Positions 36,461 through 48,661 of a DNA stretch of 64,000 nucleotides are shown here, piece by piece. Numbering within the stretch: the stretch's first letter is position 1; every line of letters starts with the position of its first letter. The stretch is taken from the NCBI RefSeq assembly GCF_048403405.1, contig NZ_CP183129.1, one strand, 5' to 3'. Below the pieces are notes generated by a model, which ran no database searches, was not told the DNA's origin, and saw nothing but the letters and a program-made list of their open reading frames with translations. This DNA comes from Escherichia coli (GTDB taxonomy: Bacteria; Pseudomonadota; Gammaproteobacteria; Enterobacterales; Enterobacteriaceae). Both the position numbers and the translations under genes were made by a program.

Positions 36461-38438
36461 GATGGTTTATCCGTAAGATCAACGGTGCGCAGGAAGAAAT
36501 CTAGCGTTTCGTCGATGGTTTCCTGCATATCAATTTTGGGTTCCCAGTCCAGGCAGCGGCGGGCATTGCGGATGCTCGGTTTACGATGCTCTACGTCCTG
36601 ATATCCTTTGCCGTAGTAGCTGCTACTTTCGACAACACGAAAGCCCGCAAACGGTGGGAAGTGATGGCGCAGCGGATGTTTTTCGAAGCTCGCCAGCAGC
36701 ATCTCGCCCAGTTCCTCAATGCTCGCTTCGTTCTCAGGATTGCCAATGTTGATAATTTCGCCGTCGCAGCGATTTCCCGCATTTTCGATAATGCGGTACA
36801 ACGCCTCGATACCATCCCGGATATCAGTAAAGCAGCGTTTTTGTTTTCCGCCATCAATTAGCTTAATTGGTGAACCTTCTACCAGATTGAGAATGAGTTG
36901 CGTAATAGCGCGGGAGCTGCCGATTCGTGCCGCATTAAGGTTATCCAGTCGTGGTCCCATCCAGTTAAACGGGCGGAAGAGGGTAAACTGTAAACCCTCT
37001 TTTTCGCCATAGGCCCAGATAACCCGATCAAGTAATTGTTTAGACACCGAATAAATCCAGCGTGGTTTATTCACCGGGCCGACGATTAAATTAGAATGAT
37101 CCTCATCGAAGTATTTATCGTTACACATCCCATAAACTTCTGAAGTCGACGGGAAGATGATTCGCTTACGGTACTTCACGCAGTAGCGGATAATGCGCAG
37201 ATTCTCTTCAAAATCGAGTTCAAATACGCGCAGCGGGTTGCGGGTATATTCAATCGGCGTGGCTATCGCCACCAGCGGCAACACGACATCACATTTTTTG
37301 ACGTGATACTCAATCCATTCGGAATGAATACTGATATCGCCTTCGACAAAGTGAAAATGCGGATGATTCAGAAAACGGCTTATCGCATCGCTGCCAATAT
37401 CCAGACCGTAAACTTCATAATGATCTTCGCGCAGCAGGCGTTCTGTCAGATGGTTGCCAATAAAGCCATTCACCCCGAGGATGAGTACCCGCGTACGGCG
37501 TCGGGCGGTGCAGGCAGGCTGGCTATTCAAGCGTGAACCTTGCACCAGGCCCAGCGTCTGCGCTAATTGCGAGCCCTGCATAGTAATGCCGTCGCCCGCC
37601 TGTCCGGTGACGATTTCCAGCGCGCCATCGCCACAGGCAATCAGCAGTGGCGCTACAGAAATCACCCTCCCCGGCTGTGCTTTGCTGGCATGAGGATGAA
37701 CACGCGACGACCAGACGGTGAATTTCTGATTGCCAACATAGCTGAAGGCACCCGGCCACGGATCGGCAACGGCACGCACCATGTTGTGCAGTACAGATGC
37801 CGGCTTATGCCATTCGAGGAAACTGTCATCCGGCGTTCTGCGACCAAAACAGGTGGCTTCGTTTTCGCGCTGGGCGATTTCCAGAATATTACCGTGTTTA
37901 ATGGCGGGTAATGTCTGTTCCAGTAGCTGGCGCGCGGCATGGCACAATTTATGATGCAGCGTAATAGCGATATCGTCTGGCGCAATGGCAATGCGCAGTT
38001 GCGCCACAATGGCCCCGGCATCGGCACGTTTCACCATTCGGTGCAATGTAACGCCAGTTTCCGTTTCACCGTTCACCAGCACCCAGTTCAGCGGCGCGCG
38101 ACCACGATATTTTGGTAACAGCGAACCATGCAGATTAAATGCACCTGCGGGAGCGAGCTGCAAAATTTCGTCGCAAATAAGATGGCGATAATAAAAAGAA
38201 AAAATCACATCAGGTGATAGTTGGGCAATGCGTTCCACCCACAGCGGATGATTAACGTTATCTGGCGCATAAACCGGAATGCCTCTTTCCGCCGCCAGAC
38301 GAGCTACCGAACCATAAAAGGCTTTTTCACCGGGATTATCAGTATGAGTAAAAATAGCGCTAATTTCGTAACCGGCAGCCAGCAGGGCTTCAATACCGAG
38401 GCATCCCATATCGTGGTAGGCAAAAACGACGGTTTTCA

Positions 38439-38439
<1 letters not shown>
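36457..38439 (-). CDS. arnA: Bifunctional UDP-glucuronate decarboxylase / UDP-Ara4N formyltransferase ArnA
   Basis: 660-aa ORF; N-terminal formyltransferase domain and C-terminal NAD-binding Rossmann fold ([10 protein letters not shown]). Confidence 0.97.
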
Positions 38440-39410
<971 letters not shown>

Positions 39411-40568
39411 TTATTGTCCTGCGAGTTGCTGAAGGGCTGTGATGACGCGGTCGGCATCGGCGGTAGTCATATCCGGAAACAGCGGCAACGAACAGATGCG
39501 TTCGCTATTCCATTCGGTATTCGGTAACGACAGCGTGGGAAAACGCTCGCGATAATATTTTTGTGTGTGAGCGGCGCGGAAATGTAACCCGGTACCAATA
39601 CCTCTTTCTTTTAACGCTTCCATCAACGCATCGCGACTGATACCACAACGTTGTTCATCGACACGAATAATAAACAGATGCCAGGCGTGAACGTGCGGCC
39701 AGGCGGGAAGGCTTAATGGCTGAAAGGGGAGAGCTGCCAGTGCTTGCTGATATTGCTGGGCAATTTCGCGCCGACGGGTGTTGAGGTGCTCTAATTTTGC
39801 TAACTGTGTCAGGGCAATCGCGGCGTTAATATCGGTCAGATTGTACTTATAGCCCGGTGTTAAGACTTCAGCTTGCGGTGCACGGCCCCAGGTTTGTCTG
39901 TCATAGGCATCGACACCCAGACCGTGAAATTTCAGCATCCGTAGCTGGCGGGCAAGGTTTTCATTATCTGTAACAATCAGGCCACCTTCCGCACAGGTAA
40001 TATTTTTGATGGCGTGAAACGAAAAAATAGCGGTACCTTTTGTGCCAATATGTCGCCCTTTGTAATACGTACCGACGGCATGGGCAGCATCTTCGATAAC
40101 TGCGATGCCGTAACGTTCGCCAATGGCGCGAATGGCGTCAATATCTGCTGGCGCACCGGCATAATGCACCGGAATGATGGCTTTAGTGCGTGGCGTAATG
40201 GCTGACTCGATCGCTTCAGGCGTGACCATCAGCGTATCGTGGTCGACATCCACCATTACCGGCGTTGCACCCAACAAGGAAATCATATTGAGGGTTGAAA
40301 CCCAGGTCAGGGAAGGCGTAATCACTTCATCGCCCTTGCCAATTTCCAACGCCATTAGCGTGATATGCATTCCGGCGGTGGCTGAACTGACCGCGATGGC
40401 ATGCTGATTTCCCGTCAACTGGCAAAAGGCTTGTTCAAGCGCCTGATTCTTCGGACCGGTTGTGATCCAACCGGATTCGAGAACCTCTTTAACTGCAGCG
40501 AGTTCCTCCACGCCCATTGCTGGTCGCGAAAAAGGCAAAAATTCTGACATTGCTTTTCCTTCCGCCAT
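39411..40568 (-). CDS. arnB: UDP-4-amino-4-deoxy-L-arabinose aminotransferase ArnB (PLP-dependent)
   Basis: 385 aa from [10 protein letters not shown] (alternative in-frame starts at 40583 GTG and 40550 ATG); first gene of arnBCADTEF. Confidence 0.94.
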   Translation of the reverse strand: MAEGKAMSEFLPFSRPAMGVEELAAVKEVLESGWITTGPKNQALEQAFCQLTGNQHAIAVSSATAGMHITLMALEIGKGDEVITPSLTWVSTLNMISLLGATPVMVDVDHDTLMVTPEAIESAITPRTKAIIPVHYAGAPADIDAIRAIGERYGIAVIEDAAHAVGTYYKGRHIGTKGTAIFSFHAIKNITCAEGGLIVTDNENLARQLRMLKFHGLGVDAYDRQTWGRAPQAEVLTPGYKYNLTDINAAIALTQLAKLEHLNTRRREIAQQYQQALAALPFQPLSLPAWPHVHAWHLFIIRVDEQRCGISRDALMEALKERGIGTGLHFRAAHTQKYYRERFPTLSLPNTEWNSERICSLPLFPDMTTADADRVITALQQLAGQ

Positions 40569-40648
40569 TGAATACCTGTCCACTTATATTTGCTATAAAG
40601 AGTGTTGTGTATATTTTGCCATTTGGAGCAAAATTTTAAGGATAGAAT

Positions 40649-40665
40649 ATTAACTTAACCTTAAG
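40649..40665 (-). promoter_or_regulatory. Putative PmrA (BasR) box upstream of arnB
   Basis: Minus-strand sequence CTTAAG-GTTAA-GTTAAT is a hexamer-N5-hexamer direct repeat resembling the PmrA consensus (YTTAAK-N5-YTTAAK), about 80 bp upstream of the arnB ATG. Confidence 0.4.
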
Positions 40666-40857
40666 AAACTAATATTAGACGTAAATATTGAAATTTTTAT
40701 ATTTTTTCTTATTTAGGCTTTGCATTTGGCAAAATTTTGAGGCATTTTGCCGGCATCGCAGGATTTTTAATATTACACCAACTGCTAATTATCGCCAGAA
40801 ATGTCGCTCAATTTCACGGTAATTGTCTGGTTGCGCTTGTCTATAGGTGGAGTTTAC

Positions 40858-41460
40858 GTGTTAGCTTTTTGCCGCTCTTCGTTGAAGTCAAAAAAATATT
40901 TCATCATTTTACTGGCGCTCGCTGCAATTGCCGGACTGGGTACTCATGCCGCCTGGAGTAGCAATGGTTTGCCACGTATCGACAATAAAACGCTGGCCAG
41001 ACTGGCACAGCAGCATCCGGTTGTCGTTTTGTTTCGCCATGCTGAACGTTGCGATCGTTCAACCAATCAATGCTTGTCAGATAAAACAGGTATTACGGTC
41101 AAAGGTACCCAGGATGCCCGTGAACTGGGCAACGCTTTTAGTGCTGATATCCCTGATTTCGATCTTTATTCCAGTAATACCGTCCGGACCATTCAGTCGG
41201 CGACCTGGTTTTCATCGGGTAAAAAGCTGACGGTAGATAAACGACTTCTTCAGTGCGGTAATGAGATTTATAGTGCAATTAAGGACTTACAAAGCAAAGC
41301 GCCTGATAAAAATATCGTTATTTTCACCCATAATCATTGCCTGACATATATTGCTAAAGATAAGCGTGATGCGACATTTAAACCTGATTATCTGGATGGT
41401 TTAGTCATGCATGTGGAAAAAGGCAAAGTTTATCTGGATGGGGAATTCGTTAACCACTAA
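40858..41460 (+). CDS. ais: LPS core heptose(II)-phosphate phosphatase Ais (histidine-phosphatase fold)
   Basis: 200 aa from GTG start ([23 protein letters not shown] signal peptide, RHAER motif); the track ORF is a 19-codon upstream extension. Confidence 0.85.
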   Translation: MLAFCRSSLKSKKYFIILLALAAIAGLGTHAAWSSNGLPRIDNKTLARLAQQHPVVVLFRHAERCDRSTNQCLSDKTGITVKGTQDARELGNAFSADIPDFDLYSSNTVRTIQSATWFSSGKKLTVDKRLLQCGNEIYSAIKDLQSKAPDKNIVIFTHNHCLTYIAKDKRDATFKPDYLDGLVMHVEKGKVYLDGEFVNH

Positions 41461-41498
41461 ATTTTCAATCTGACAGCCAGTAATGGCTGTCATCATTA

Positions 41499-41924
41499 TT
41501 ACAGAAGACCTTTCAAACGTAACGTTTTTCGGGTGGCGACATTCATATCATAGTGCGCCAGATCTTCAGGTTTTACCCACGCGTAGTCTTGAAACTCTTC
41601 GTTTATTTTCACTTCTCGGTTGGCAGAAACGCAGTCAAAAATCAGGTAAATCATATAAATCTCTTCCTTGCGACCATCTGCATACGTCTTGGTGCGAATA
41701 TCATCGCTGAAGGTCCACGGCGTGATTTCTGTCAAAAGCAGCTGTTCTCCCAGTTCTTCGCGAATTTCGCGGCGTAGTGCCTCTTCAATTCGTTCGCCAG
41801 GCTCTACGCCGCCACCCGAAAGCGCCCATTGACCGGGGAAAACGCCGCGATCGTCGGCCATTTTACACAGCAAATAAGCACCATCATTTTGAATCAAAGG
41901 GCATACAATAGTCCGTTGTCGCAC
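41499..41924 (-). CDS. nudI: Nudix hydrolase NudI (nucleoside triphosphatase)
   Basis: 141-aa ORF with Nudix box ([22 protein letters not shown]). Confidence 0.93.
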   Translation of the reverse strand: MRQRTIVCPLIQNDGAYLLCKMADDRGVFPGQWALSGGGVEPGERIEEALRREIREELGEQLLLTEITPWTFSDDIRTKTYADGRKEEIYMIYLIFDCVSANREVKINEEFQDYAWVKPEDLAHYDMNVATRKTLRLKGLL

Positions 41925-42202
41925 AGGGGTATTCCTTATAAATTAAAAGAAACCATGAGAATACGGTAACTCAGAAATATGTGAAAGTGACAGTAATCTC
42001 TTTTGCGATGATAACTGCACTTATTATTATTTTTGTGTGTATCGATAAAGTGTGTTTATTTTTTCGGCGTTTAATTATTTAAGAAGTATTTAGTTACAAT
42101 AAGTGACTAGATCCCTTTTTTCGCTCATTGAATCCTCTGTGCCAGGCAGTACAATCCCGCAGCTTTGGGAATTTTGATTTATTGCTTGTGGGAGAGGGAA
42201 AA

Positions 42203-42745
42203 ATGAAAAAAATTGCGCTAGCAGGTCTGGCCGGAATGCTGTTGGTTTCTGCATCGGTCAATGCAATGAGCATCAGCGGCCAGGCGGGTAAAGAATACAC
42301 CAATATTGGTGTCGGTTTTGGGACTGAATCGACGGGCCTGGCGTTAAGCGGTAACTGGACACATAACGACGACGACGGTGACGTCGCGGGCGTGGGGCTG
42401 GGGTTGAATCTGCCTCTCGGGCCGTTAATGGCGACCGTTGGCGGAAAAGGCGTTTACACCAACCCGAATTACGGCGATGAAGGTTATGCCGCAGCGGTAG
42501 GAGGTGGTTTGCAGTGGAAAATTGGCAACAGCTTCCGTTTGTTTGGCGAGTATTACTACTCTCCGGATTCGCTCTCCAGCGGTATTCAAAGTTATGAGGA
42601 AGCGAATGCTGGCGCGCGTTACACCATTATGCGTCCAGTCAGTATTGAGGCGGGTTATCGCTACCTGAACCTTTCTGGTAAAGACGGTAACCGCGACAAC
42701 GCCGTGGCTGACGGCCCGTATGTTGGGGTTAACGCCAGTTTCTGA
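42203..42745 (+). CDS. yfaZ: Outer-membrane beta-barrel family protein YfaZ
   Basis: 180 aa from MKKIALAGLAGMLLVSASVNA (signal peptide); C-terminal aromatic residue (F); the track ORF starts 25 codons upstream. Confidence 0.88.
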   Translation: MKKIALAGLAGMLLVSASVNAMSISGQAGKEYTNIGVGFGTESTGLALSGNWTHNDDDGDVAGVGLGLNLPLGPLMATVGGKGVYTNPNYGDEGYAAAVGGGLQWKIGNSFRLFGEYYYSPDSLSSGIQSYEEANAGARYTIMRPVSIEAGYRYLNLSGKDGNRDNAVADGPYVGVNASF

Positions 42746-42844
42746 TCCCTTCCGGCGCGGCATTCTGTCGCGCCATTCAGTTTCTTACTACGCCTTATCT
42801 CCCTTTGCGTTATAGTGATTCGATAACAAAAGCAGGAGATAACC

Positions 42845-44047
42845 ATGTTAAAAGTGGAAATGTTATCCACCGGGGATGAAGTGTTACACGGGCAAATCGT
42901 TGACACTAACGCTGCCTGGCTGGCCGATTTTTTCTTTCATCAGGGGTTGCCTTTAACTCGCCGCAATACGGTGGGGGATAACCTTGATGACTTAGTGACC
43001 ATTCTTCGCGAACGTAGTCAGCACGCCGATGTGCTGATCGTTAACGGCGGGCTGGGGCCGACCAGTGATGATTTAAGCGCACTCGCCGCTGCGACAGCAA
43101 AAGGTGAAGGCCTGGTGTTGCATGAAGCCTGGCTCAAAGAGATGGAACGCTATTTCCACGAACGTGGACGAGTAATGGCACCGAGCAACCGTAAACAAGC
43201 GGAGCTACCTGCCAGTGCTGAATTTATCAATAACCCGGTAGGCACCGCCTGTGGTTTTGCCGTGCAGCTTAATCGTTGCCTGATGTTCTTTACCCCCGGC
43301 GTACCGTCAGAATTTAAGGTGATGGTCGAGCACGAAATCCTGCCGCGCCTGCGCGAGCGTTTTTCTTTACCACAGCCGCCGGTTTGTCTGCGTTTAACTA
43401 CCTTTGGTCGTTCGGAAAGCGATCTGGCACAAAGCCTGGACACTCTACAACTGCCGCCGGGCGTAACAATGGGCTATCGCTCCTCAATGCCTATCATCGA
43501 ACTGAAACTCACCGGACCGGCAAGCGAGCAACAGGCGATGGAAAAACTGTGGCTGGACGTTAAACGTGTTGCCGGACAGAGCGTGATTTTCGAAGGCATC
43601 GAAGGACTGCCCGCGCAGATCAGTCGCGAATTGCAAAACCGCCAGTTCAGCCTGACGTTGAGCGAGCAATTCACCGGCGGTTTATTGGCTTTGCAACTTT
43701 CTCGCGCAGGTGCTCCATTGCTGGCGTGTGAAGTGGTTCCTTCACAGGAGGAAACCCTGGCGCAAACGGCGCACTGGATTACAGAACGGCGGGCCAACCA
43801 TTTTGCCGGGCTGGCACTGGCTGTTTCTGGTTTCGAGAACGAACATCTCAACTTTGCGCTAGCCACGCCAGACGGCACTTTCGCTCTGCGTGTGCGTTTC
43901 AGCACTACGCGCTACAGCCTGGCTATCCGTCAGGAAGTGTGCGCAATGATGGCACTGAATATGCTGCGCCGTTGGTTAAACGGCCAGGACATCGCCAGTG
44001 AGCATGGCTGGATTGAGGTTGTTGAGTCCATGACTTTATCTGTCTGA
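42845..44047 (+). CDS. yfaY: CinA-family protein YfaY (MoCF-biosynthesis-like domain)
   Basis: 400-aa ORF matching recalled YfaY. Confidence 0.88.
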   Translation: MLKVEMLSTGDEVLHGQIVDTNAAWLADFFFHQGLPLTRRNTVGDNLDDLVTILRERSQHADVLIVNGGLGPTSDDLSALAAATAKGEGLVLHEAWLKEMERYFHERGRVMAPSNRKQAELPASAEFINNPVGTACGFAVQLNRCLMFFTPGVPSEFKVMVEHEILPRLRERFSLPQPPVCLRLTTFGRSESDLAQSLDTLQLPPGVTMGYRSSMPIIELKLTGPASEQQAMEKLWLDVKRVAGQSVIFEGIEGLPAQISRELQNRQFSLTLSEQFTGGLLALQLSRAGAPLLACEVVPSQEETLAQTAHWITERRANHFAGLALAVSGFENEHLNFALATPDGTFALRVRFSTTRYSLAIRQEVCAMMALNMLRRWLNGQDIASEHGWIEVVESMTLSV

Positions 44048-44266
44048 TTCCGCCACTCCGTGCCGGTTTACTGCACCGGCACATCCCCCCTCCGGCAAAA
44101 TTTGTCCAACCTGTTGTACTCAATAAGAAAAAATCCGTGCGCTGATTCACAAATTTGTGCGTAATTTCTCCAGTCCGCTGGACGAGGTGCGGGATTTGAT
44201 GCGCTTCACAATTTTACTCCCCCTGAGCAACGAGACTGATTCCAGTATCTAAGACTGGAGTCCAGT

Positions 44267-45049
44267 ATGTTGGAATCAAGCAAAGTTCCCGCCCTGACAC
44301 GGGCTATTGATATTCTCAATTTGATTGCCCGCATTGGCCCCTGTAGTGCTGCGACGATCATTGACACATTGGGGATCCCTAAAAGCACGGCCTATTTGCT
44401 GCTTAATGAACTCAGGCGTCAGCGTTTTCTTAGCCTTGATCACCAGGAAAATTTTTGTTTGTGGACCAAGCTGGTGGAGCTTTCCGGTCATGCGTTAAGC
44501 AAGATGGATCTCCGGGAACTGGCTCGACCGCGTTTGACGCAACTGATGGATACCACCGGGCTGTTATGTCACCTGGGGATTATTGATAACGGCAGCGCTT
44601 ATTACATTTTGAAAGTGGAGTCATCAGCCACTATCAGCGTGCGTTCCCATGAAGGAAAAAGCCTTTCGCTTTATCGCTCCGGAATAGGTAAATGCCTGCT
44701 TGCCTGGCAACCTGCAGCTGTACAGCAAAGTATTATCGAAGGGCTGGTCTGGGAGCAGGCGACACCCACAACGATTACTCATCCACAGCAACTTCACGAA
44801 GAACTGGCGCGTATTCGCCGTCAGGGCTGGAGTTATGACAACGGCGAAGATTATGCCGATGTCCGTTGTGTCGCTGCGCCGGTGTTTAACGCCAATAACG
44901 AGCTTACCGCTGCGATTTCGGTGGTCGGTACCCGCTTACAAATCAATGAAGAATACCGTGATTATCTGGCGGGCAAGGCCATTGCCTGCGCCAGGGATAT
45001 TTCACGTCTGTTGGGATGGAAAAGTCCCTTTGACTTACAGGCCTCATAA
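44267..45049 (+). CDS. rhmR: IclR-family transcriptional regulator RhmR (L-rhamnonate utilisation)
   Basis: 260-aa ORF with N-terminal HTH; head of the rhm cluster. Confidence 0.9.
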   Translation: MLESSKVPALTRAIDILNLIARIGPCSAATIIDTLGIPKSTAYLLLNELRRQRFLSLDHQENFCLWTKLVELSGHALSKMDLRELARPRLTQLMDTTGLLCHLGIIDNGSAYYILKVESSATISVRSHEGKSLSLYRSGIGKCLLAWQPAAVQQSIIEGLVWEQATPTTITHPQQLHEELARIRRQGWSYDNGEDYADVRCVAAPVFNANNELTAAISVVGTRLQINEEYRDYLAGKAIACARDISRLLGWKSPFDLQAS

Positions 45050-45063
45050 CAATGGAGAACAGC

Positions 45064-46269
45064 ATGACCCTACCAAAAATCAAACAGGTTCGCGCCTGGT
45101 TTACTGGCGGTGCGACAGCAGAAAAAGGCGCTGGCGGCGGTGATTATCACGACCAGGGGGCGAATCACTGGATTGACGATCATATTGCCACCCCGATGAG
45201 TAAATACCGCGATTACGAGCAGTCACGCCAGTCATTTGGCATTAACGTTCTTGGCACGTTGATTGTTGAAGTCGAAGCAGAAAACGGCCAGACCGGATTC
45301 GCCGTTTCGACAGCCGGTGAAATGGGCTGTTTTATTGTCGAAAAACACCTTAACCGTTTCATTGAGGGTAAATGTGTCAGTGATATCAAACTGATCCACG
45401 ATCAAATGCTCAATGCCACCCTGTATTACTCCGGCTCTGGTGGCCTGGTGATGAACACGATTTCCTGTGTCGATCTGGCTCTGTGGGATCTGTTCGGCAA
45501 AGTGGTCGGGCTTCCGGTTTATAAACTTTTAGGCGGCGCAGTTCGTGATGAGATTCAGTTCTACGCTACAGGCGCGCGCCCGGATCTGGCAAAAGAGATG
45601 GGCTTTATCGGTGGCAAAATGCCGACGCACTGGGGGCCACATGATGGCGATGCGGGGATCCGCAAAGATGCCGCTATGGTCGCGGATATGCGTGAAAAAT
45701 GCGGTGAGGATTTCTGGTTAATGCTCGACTGCTGGATGAGTCAGGACGTGAACTATGCCACCAAGCTGGCCCACGCTTGCGCGCCCTATAACCTGAAATG
45801 GATCGAAGAGTGCCTGCCGCCACAGCAGTATGAAGGTTATCGCGAACTGAAACGCAACGCGCCAGTCGGAATGATGGTCACCAGCGGTGAGCATCACGGC
45901 ACACTGCAATCTTTCCGTACGCTTTCAGAAACCGGTATCGACATTATGCAGCCGGATGTTGGCTGGTGCGGTGGCTTAACCACGCTGGTGGAAATTGCCG
46001 CAATCGCCAAATCCAGAGGGCAACTGGTGGTGCCGCACGGTTCGTCTGTTTACTCTCACCATGCGGTGATCACCTTCACCAATACGCCATTCAGCGAATT
46101 CCTGATGACCAGCCCGGATTGTTCAACGATGCGTCCGCAATTTGATCCGATTCTGCTTAATGAGCCGGTTCCGATGAATGGTCGTATTCATAAATCAGTG
46201 CTTGATAAACCTGGTTTCGGCGTCGAACTCAATCGTGACTGCAATTTGAAACGCCCCTACAGCCACTAA
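45064..46269 (+). CDS. rhmD: L-rhamnonate dehydratase RhmD (enolase superfamily)
   Basis: 401 aa from [13 protein letters not shown] (track ORF starts 4 codons upstream). Confidence 0.93.
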   Translation: MTLPKIKQVRAWFTGGATAEKGAGGGDYHDQGANHWIDDHIATPMSKYRDYEQSRQSFGINVLGTLIVEVEAENGQTGFAVSTAGEMGCFIVEKHLNRFIEGKCVSDIKLIHDQMLNATLYYSGSGGLVMNTISCVDLALWDLFGKVVGLPVYKLLGGAVRDEIQFYATGARPDLAKEMGFIGGKMPTHWGPHDGDAGIRKDAAMVADMREKCGEDFWLMLDCWMSQDVNYATKLAHACAPYNLKWIEECLPPQQYEGYRELKRNAPVGMMVTSGEHHGTLQSFRTLSETGIDIMQPDVGWCGGLTTLVEIAAIAKSRGQLVVPHGSSVYSHHAVITFTNTPFSEFLMTSPDCSTMRPQFDPILLNEPVPMNGRIHKSVLDKPGFGVELNRDCNLKRPYSH

Positions 46270-46325
46270 TCATTCCGGGCGTTGCTGTGACAACGGTAAC
46301 GCCCACATATTCTAAGGAGCTTTTT

Positions 46326-47615
46326 ATGAGCACCGCTTTGCTTGACGCCGTGGTGAAGAAAAACCGAGCGCGTTTAATTCCGTTTATGTTGGCGCTGTAT
46401 GTGCTGGCATTTCTCGACCGTTCGAATATTGGTTTTGCCAAACAGACCTACCAGATTGATACCGGGCTGAGTAATGAAGCTTATGCGCTGGGAGCAGGCA
46501 TTTTCTTTGTGGTATACGCGTTTCTGGGTGTTCCGGCGAATCTTTTGATGCGAAAACTGGGGGCCAGAACCTGGATTGGTACGACAACACTGCTGTGGGG
46601 ATTTCTTTCGGCAGCCATGGCATGGGCCGATACTGAAGCGAAATTTCTGATCGTTCGCACTCTGCTTGGTGCTGCGGAGGCCGGGTTTTTCCCTGGTATG
46701 ATTTATCTCACCTCGCAATGGTTTCCGCAGCGTAATCGCGCCAGCATCATGGGGCTGTTCTATATGGGCGCACCGCTGGCGTTAACACTGGGATCACCGC
46801 TTTCCGGCGCGCTGCTGGAGATGCATGGATTTATGGGGCATCCCGGCTGGTTCTGGATGTTTGTGATTGAAGGATTGCTGGCAGTCGGCGCTGGGGTATT
46901 CACATTCTTTTGGCTTGATGACACACCGGAGCAGGCACGTTTTCTGAGTAAACAAGAAAAAAAATTGCTTATCAATCAACTGGCAAGTGAAGAACAACAG
47001 AAAGTGACTTCTCGACTGAGCGATGCGCTGCGTAATGGGCGAGTCTGGCAACTGGCGATTATCTACCTGACCATTCAGGTGGCGGTTTACGGATTAATTT
47101 TCTTCCTGCCGACGCAAGTTGCTGCATTGTTGGGGACAAAAGTGGGCTTTACGGCGTCGGTGGTCACCGCCATTCCGTGGGTCGCGGCATTGTTTGGGAC
47201 CTGGCTTATTCCGCGCTATTCCGATAAAACCGGCGAACGGCGTAATGTCGCGGCGCTGACATTACTGGCGGCGGGCATTGGTATTGGTCTGTCCGGGCTG
47301 CTTTCTCCAGTAATGGCGATCGTAGCGCTGTGTGTTGCAGCCATCGGGTTTATTGCCGTGCAGCCGGTGTTCTGGACGATGCCGACACAACTGCTTTCCG
47401 GTACGGCGCTGGCTGCGGGGATTGGTTTTGTAAACCTGTTTGGTGCAGTGGGCGGGTTTATTGCCCCGATCCTGCGCGTGAAAGCAGAAACGTTATTTGC
47501 CAGCGATGCGGCGGGATTACTGACGCTGGCAGCGGTGGCGGTCATCGGTTCGCTGATTATTTTCACTCTGCGTGTAAATCGCACTGTTGCGCAGACCGAC
47601 GTGGCACATCATTAA
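46326..47615 (+). CDS. rhmT: MFS transporter RhmT (putative L-rhamnonate transporter)
   Basis: 429 aa from [12 protein letters not shown]; 12-TM MFS profile. Confidence 0.9.
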   Translation: MSTALLDAVVKKNRARLIPFMLALYVLAFLDRSNIGFAKQTYQIDTGLSNEAYALGAGIFFVVYAFLGVPANLLMRKLGARTWIGTTTLLWGFLSAAMAWADTEAKFLIVRTLLGAAEAGFFPGMIYLTSQWFPQRNRASIMGLFYMGAPLALTLGSPLSGALLEMHGFMGHPGWFWMFVIEGLLAVGAGVFTFFWLDDTPEQARFLSKQEKKLLINQLASEEQQKVTSRLSDALRNGRVWQLAIIYLTIQVAVYGLIFFLPTQVAALLGTKVGFTASVVTAIPWVAALFGTWLIPRYSDKTGERRNVAALTLLAAGIGIGLSGLLSPVMAIVALCVAAIGFIAVQPVFWTMPTQLLSGTALAAGIGFVNLFGAVGGFIAPILRVKAETLFASDAAGLLTLAAVAVIGSLIIFTLRVNRTVAQTDVAHH

Positions 47616-47631
47616 TAGGTTAAGGAACACG

Positions 47632-48435
47632 ATGAACGCATTATTAACCAATCCCTTTAAAGAACGTTTACGCAAGGGCGAAGTGCAAATTGGTCTGTGG
47701 TTAAGCTCGACTACTTCTTATATGGCAGAAATTGCCGCCACTTCCGGTTATGACTGGTTACTGATTGACGGGGAGCACGCGCCAAACACCATTCAGGATC
47801 TTTATCACCAGCTACAGGCGGTAGCGCCCTATGCCAGCCAACCCGTGATCCGTCCGGTGGAAGGCAGTAAGTCGCTGATTAAACAAGTCCTGGATATTGG
47901 CGCGCAAACTCTACTGATCCCGATGGTCGATACTGCCGATCAGGCACGTCAGGTGGTGTCTGCCACGCGCTATCCTCCCTACGGTGAGCGTGGTGTCGGG
48001 GCCAGTGTGGCACGGGCTGCGCGCTGGGGACGCATTGAGAATTACATGGCGCAAGTCAACGATTCGCTTTGTCTGTTGGTGCAGGTGGAAAGTAAAACGG
48101 CACTGGATAACCTGGACGAAATCCTCGACGTCGAAGGGATTGACGGCGTGTTTATTGGACCTGCGGATCTTTCTGCCTCGTTGGGATACCCGGATAACGC
48201 CGGGCACCCGGAAGTGCAGCGAATTATTGAAACCAGTATTCGGCGGATCCGTGCTGCGGGTAAAGCGGCTGGTTTTCTGGCTGTGGCTCCTGATATGGCG
48301 CAGCAATGCCTGGCGTGGGGAGCGAACTTTGTCGCTGTTGGCGTTGACACGATGCTCTACAGCGATGCCCTGGATCAACGACTGGCGATGTTTAAATCAG
48401 GCAAAAATGGGCCACGCATAAAAGGTAGTTATTGA
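47632..48435 (+). CDS. rhmA: 2-keto-3-deoxy-L-rhamnonate aldolase RhmA (HpcH/HpaI aldolase family)
   Basis: 267 aa from [13 protein letters not shown] with aggaa SD upstream; the track ORF is an upstream extension overlapping rhmT. Confidence 0.93.
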   Translation: MNALLTNPFKERLRKGEVQIGLWLSSTTSYMAEIAATSGYDWLLIDGEHAPNTIQDLYHQLQAVAPYASQPVIRPVEGSKSLIKQVLDIGAQTLLIPMVDTADQARQVVSATRYPPYGERGVGASVARAARWGRIENYMAQVNDSLCLLVQVESKTALDNLDEILDVEGIDGVFIGPADLSASLGYPDNAGHPEVQRIIETSIRRIRAAGKAAGFLAVAPDMAQQCLAWGANFVAVGVDTMLYSDALDQRLAMFKSGKNGPRIKGSY

Positions 48436-48475
48436 TATCAAAGGCCCATGGGGATCGGCTGTGGGCCTGTGTTAA

Positions 48476-48649
48476 TTAGTGGTTATTCGCTGCCAGATCG
48501 GCTTCGCTTAGCTGGGTGGCTGCGAGCACCAGGTCACGATCAATGCCCTGTTCCAGCATGCGCAAAGCAATTTTAATGGCTTGTTCATGCATGCCTTCCT
48601 GCCAGCCAATTTGGTGTCCTTCCTGCCGTAGCCGTTCAGCAATAGTCAT
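48476..48649 (-). CDS. ypaA: YpaA-like small ORF: stand-alone partial duplicate of the C-terminal tail of the adjacent Rpn-family gene
   Basis: Hand translation of the minus strand gives a 57-aa ORF ([57 protein letters not shown]), below the track's length cutoff; strong SD aaggagag 7 nt upstream; nucleotide-level direct repeat of the yfaD 3' end. Confidence 0.7.
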   Translation of the reverse strand: MTIAERLRQEGHQIGWQEGMHEQAIKIALRMLEQGIDRDLVLAATQLSEADLAANNH

Positions 48650-48661
48650 TAATCTCTCCTT

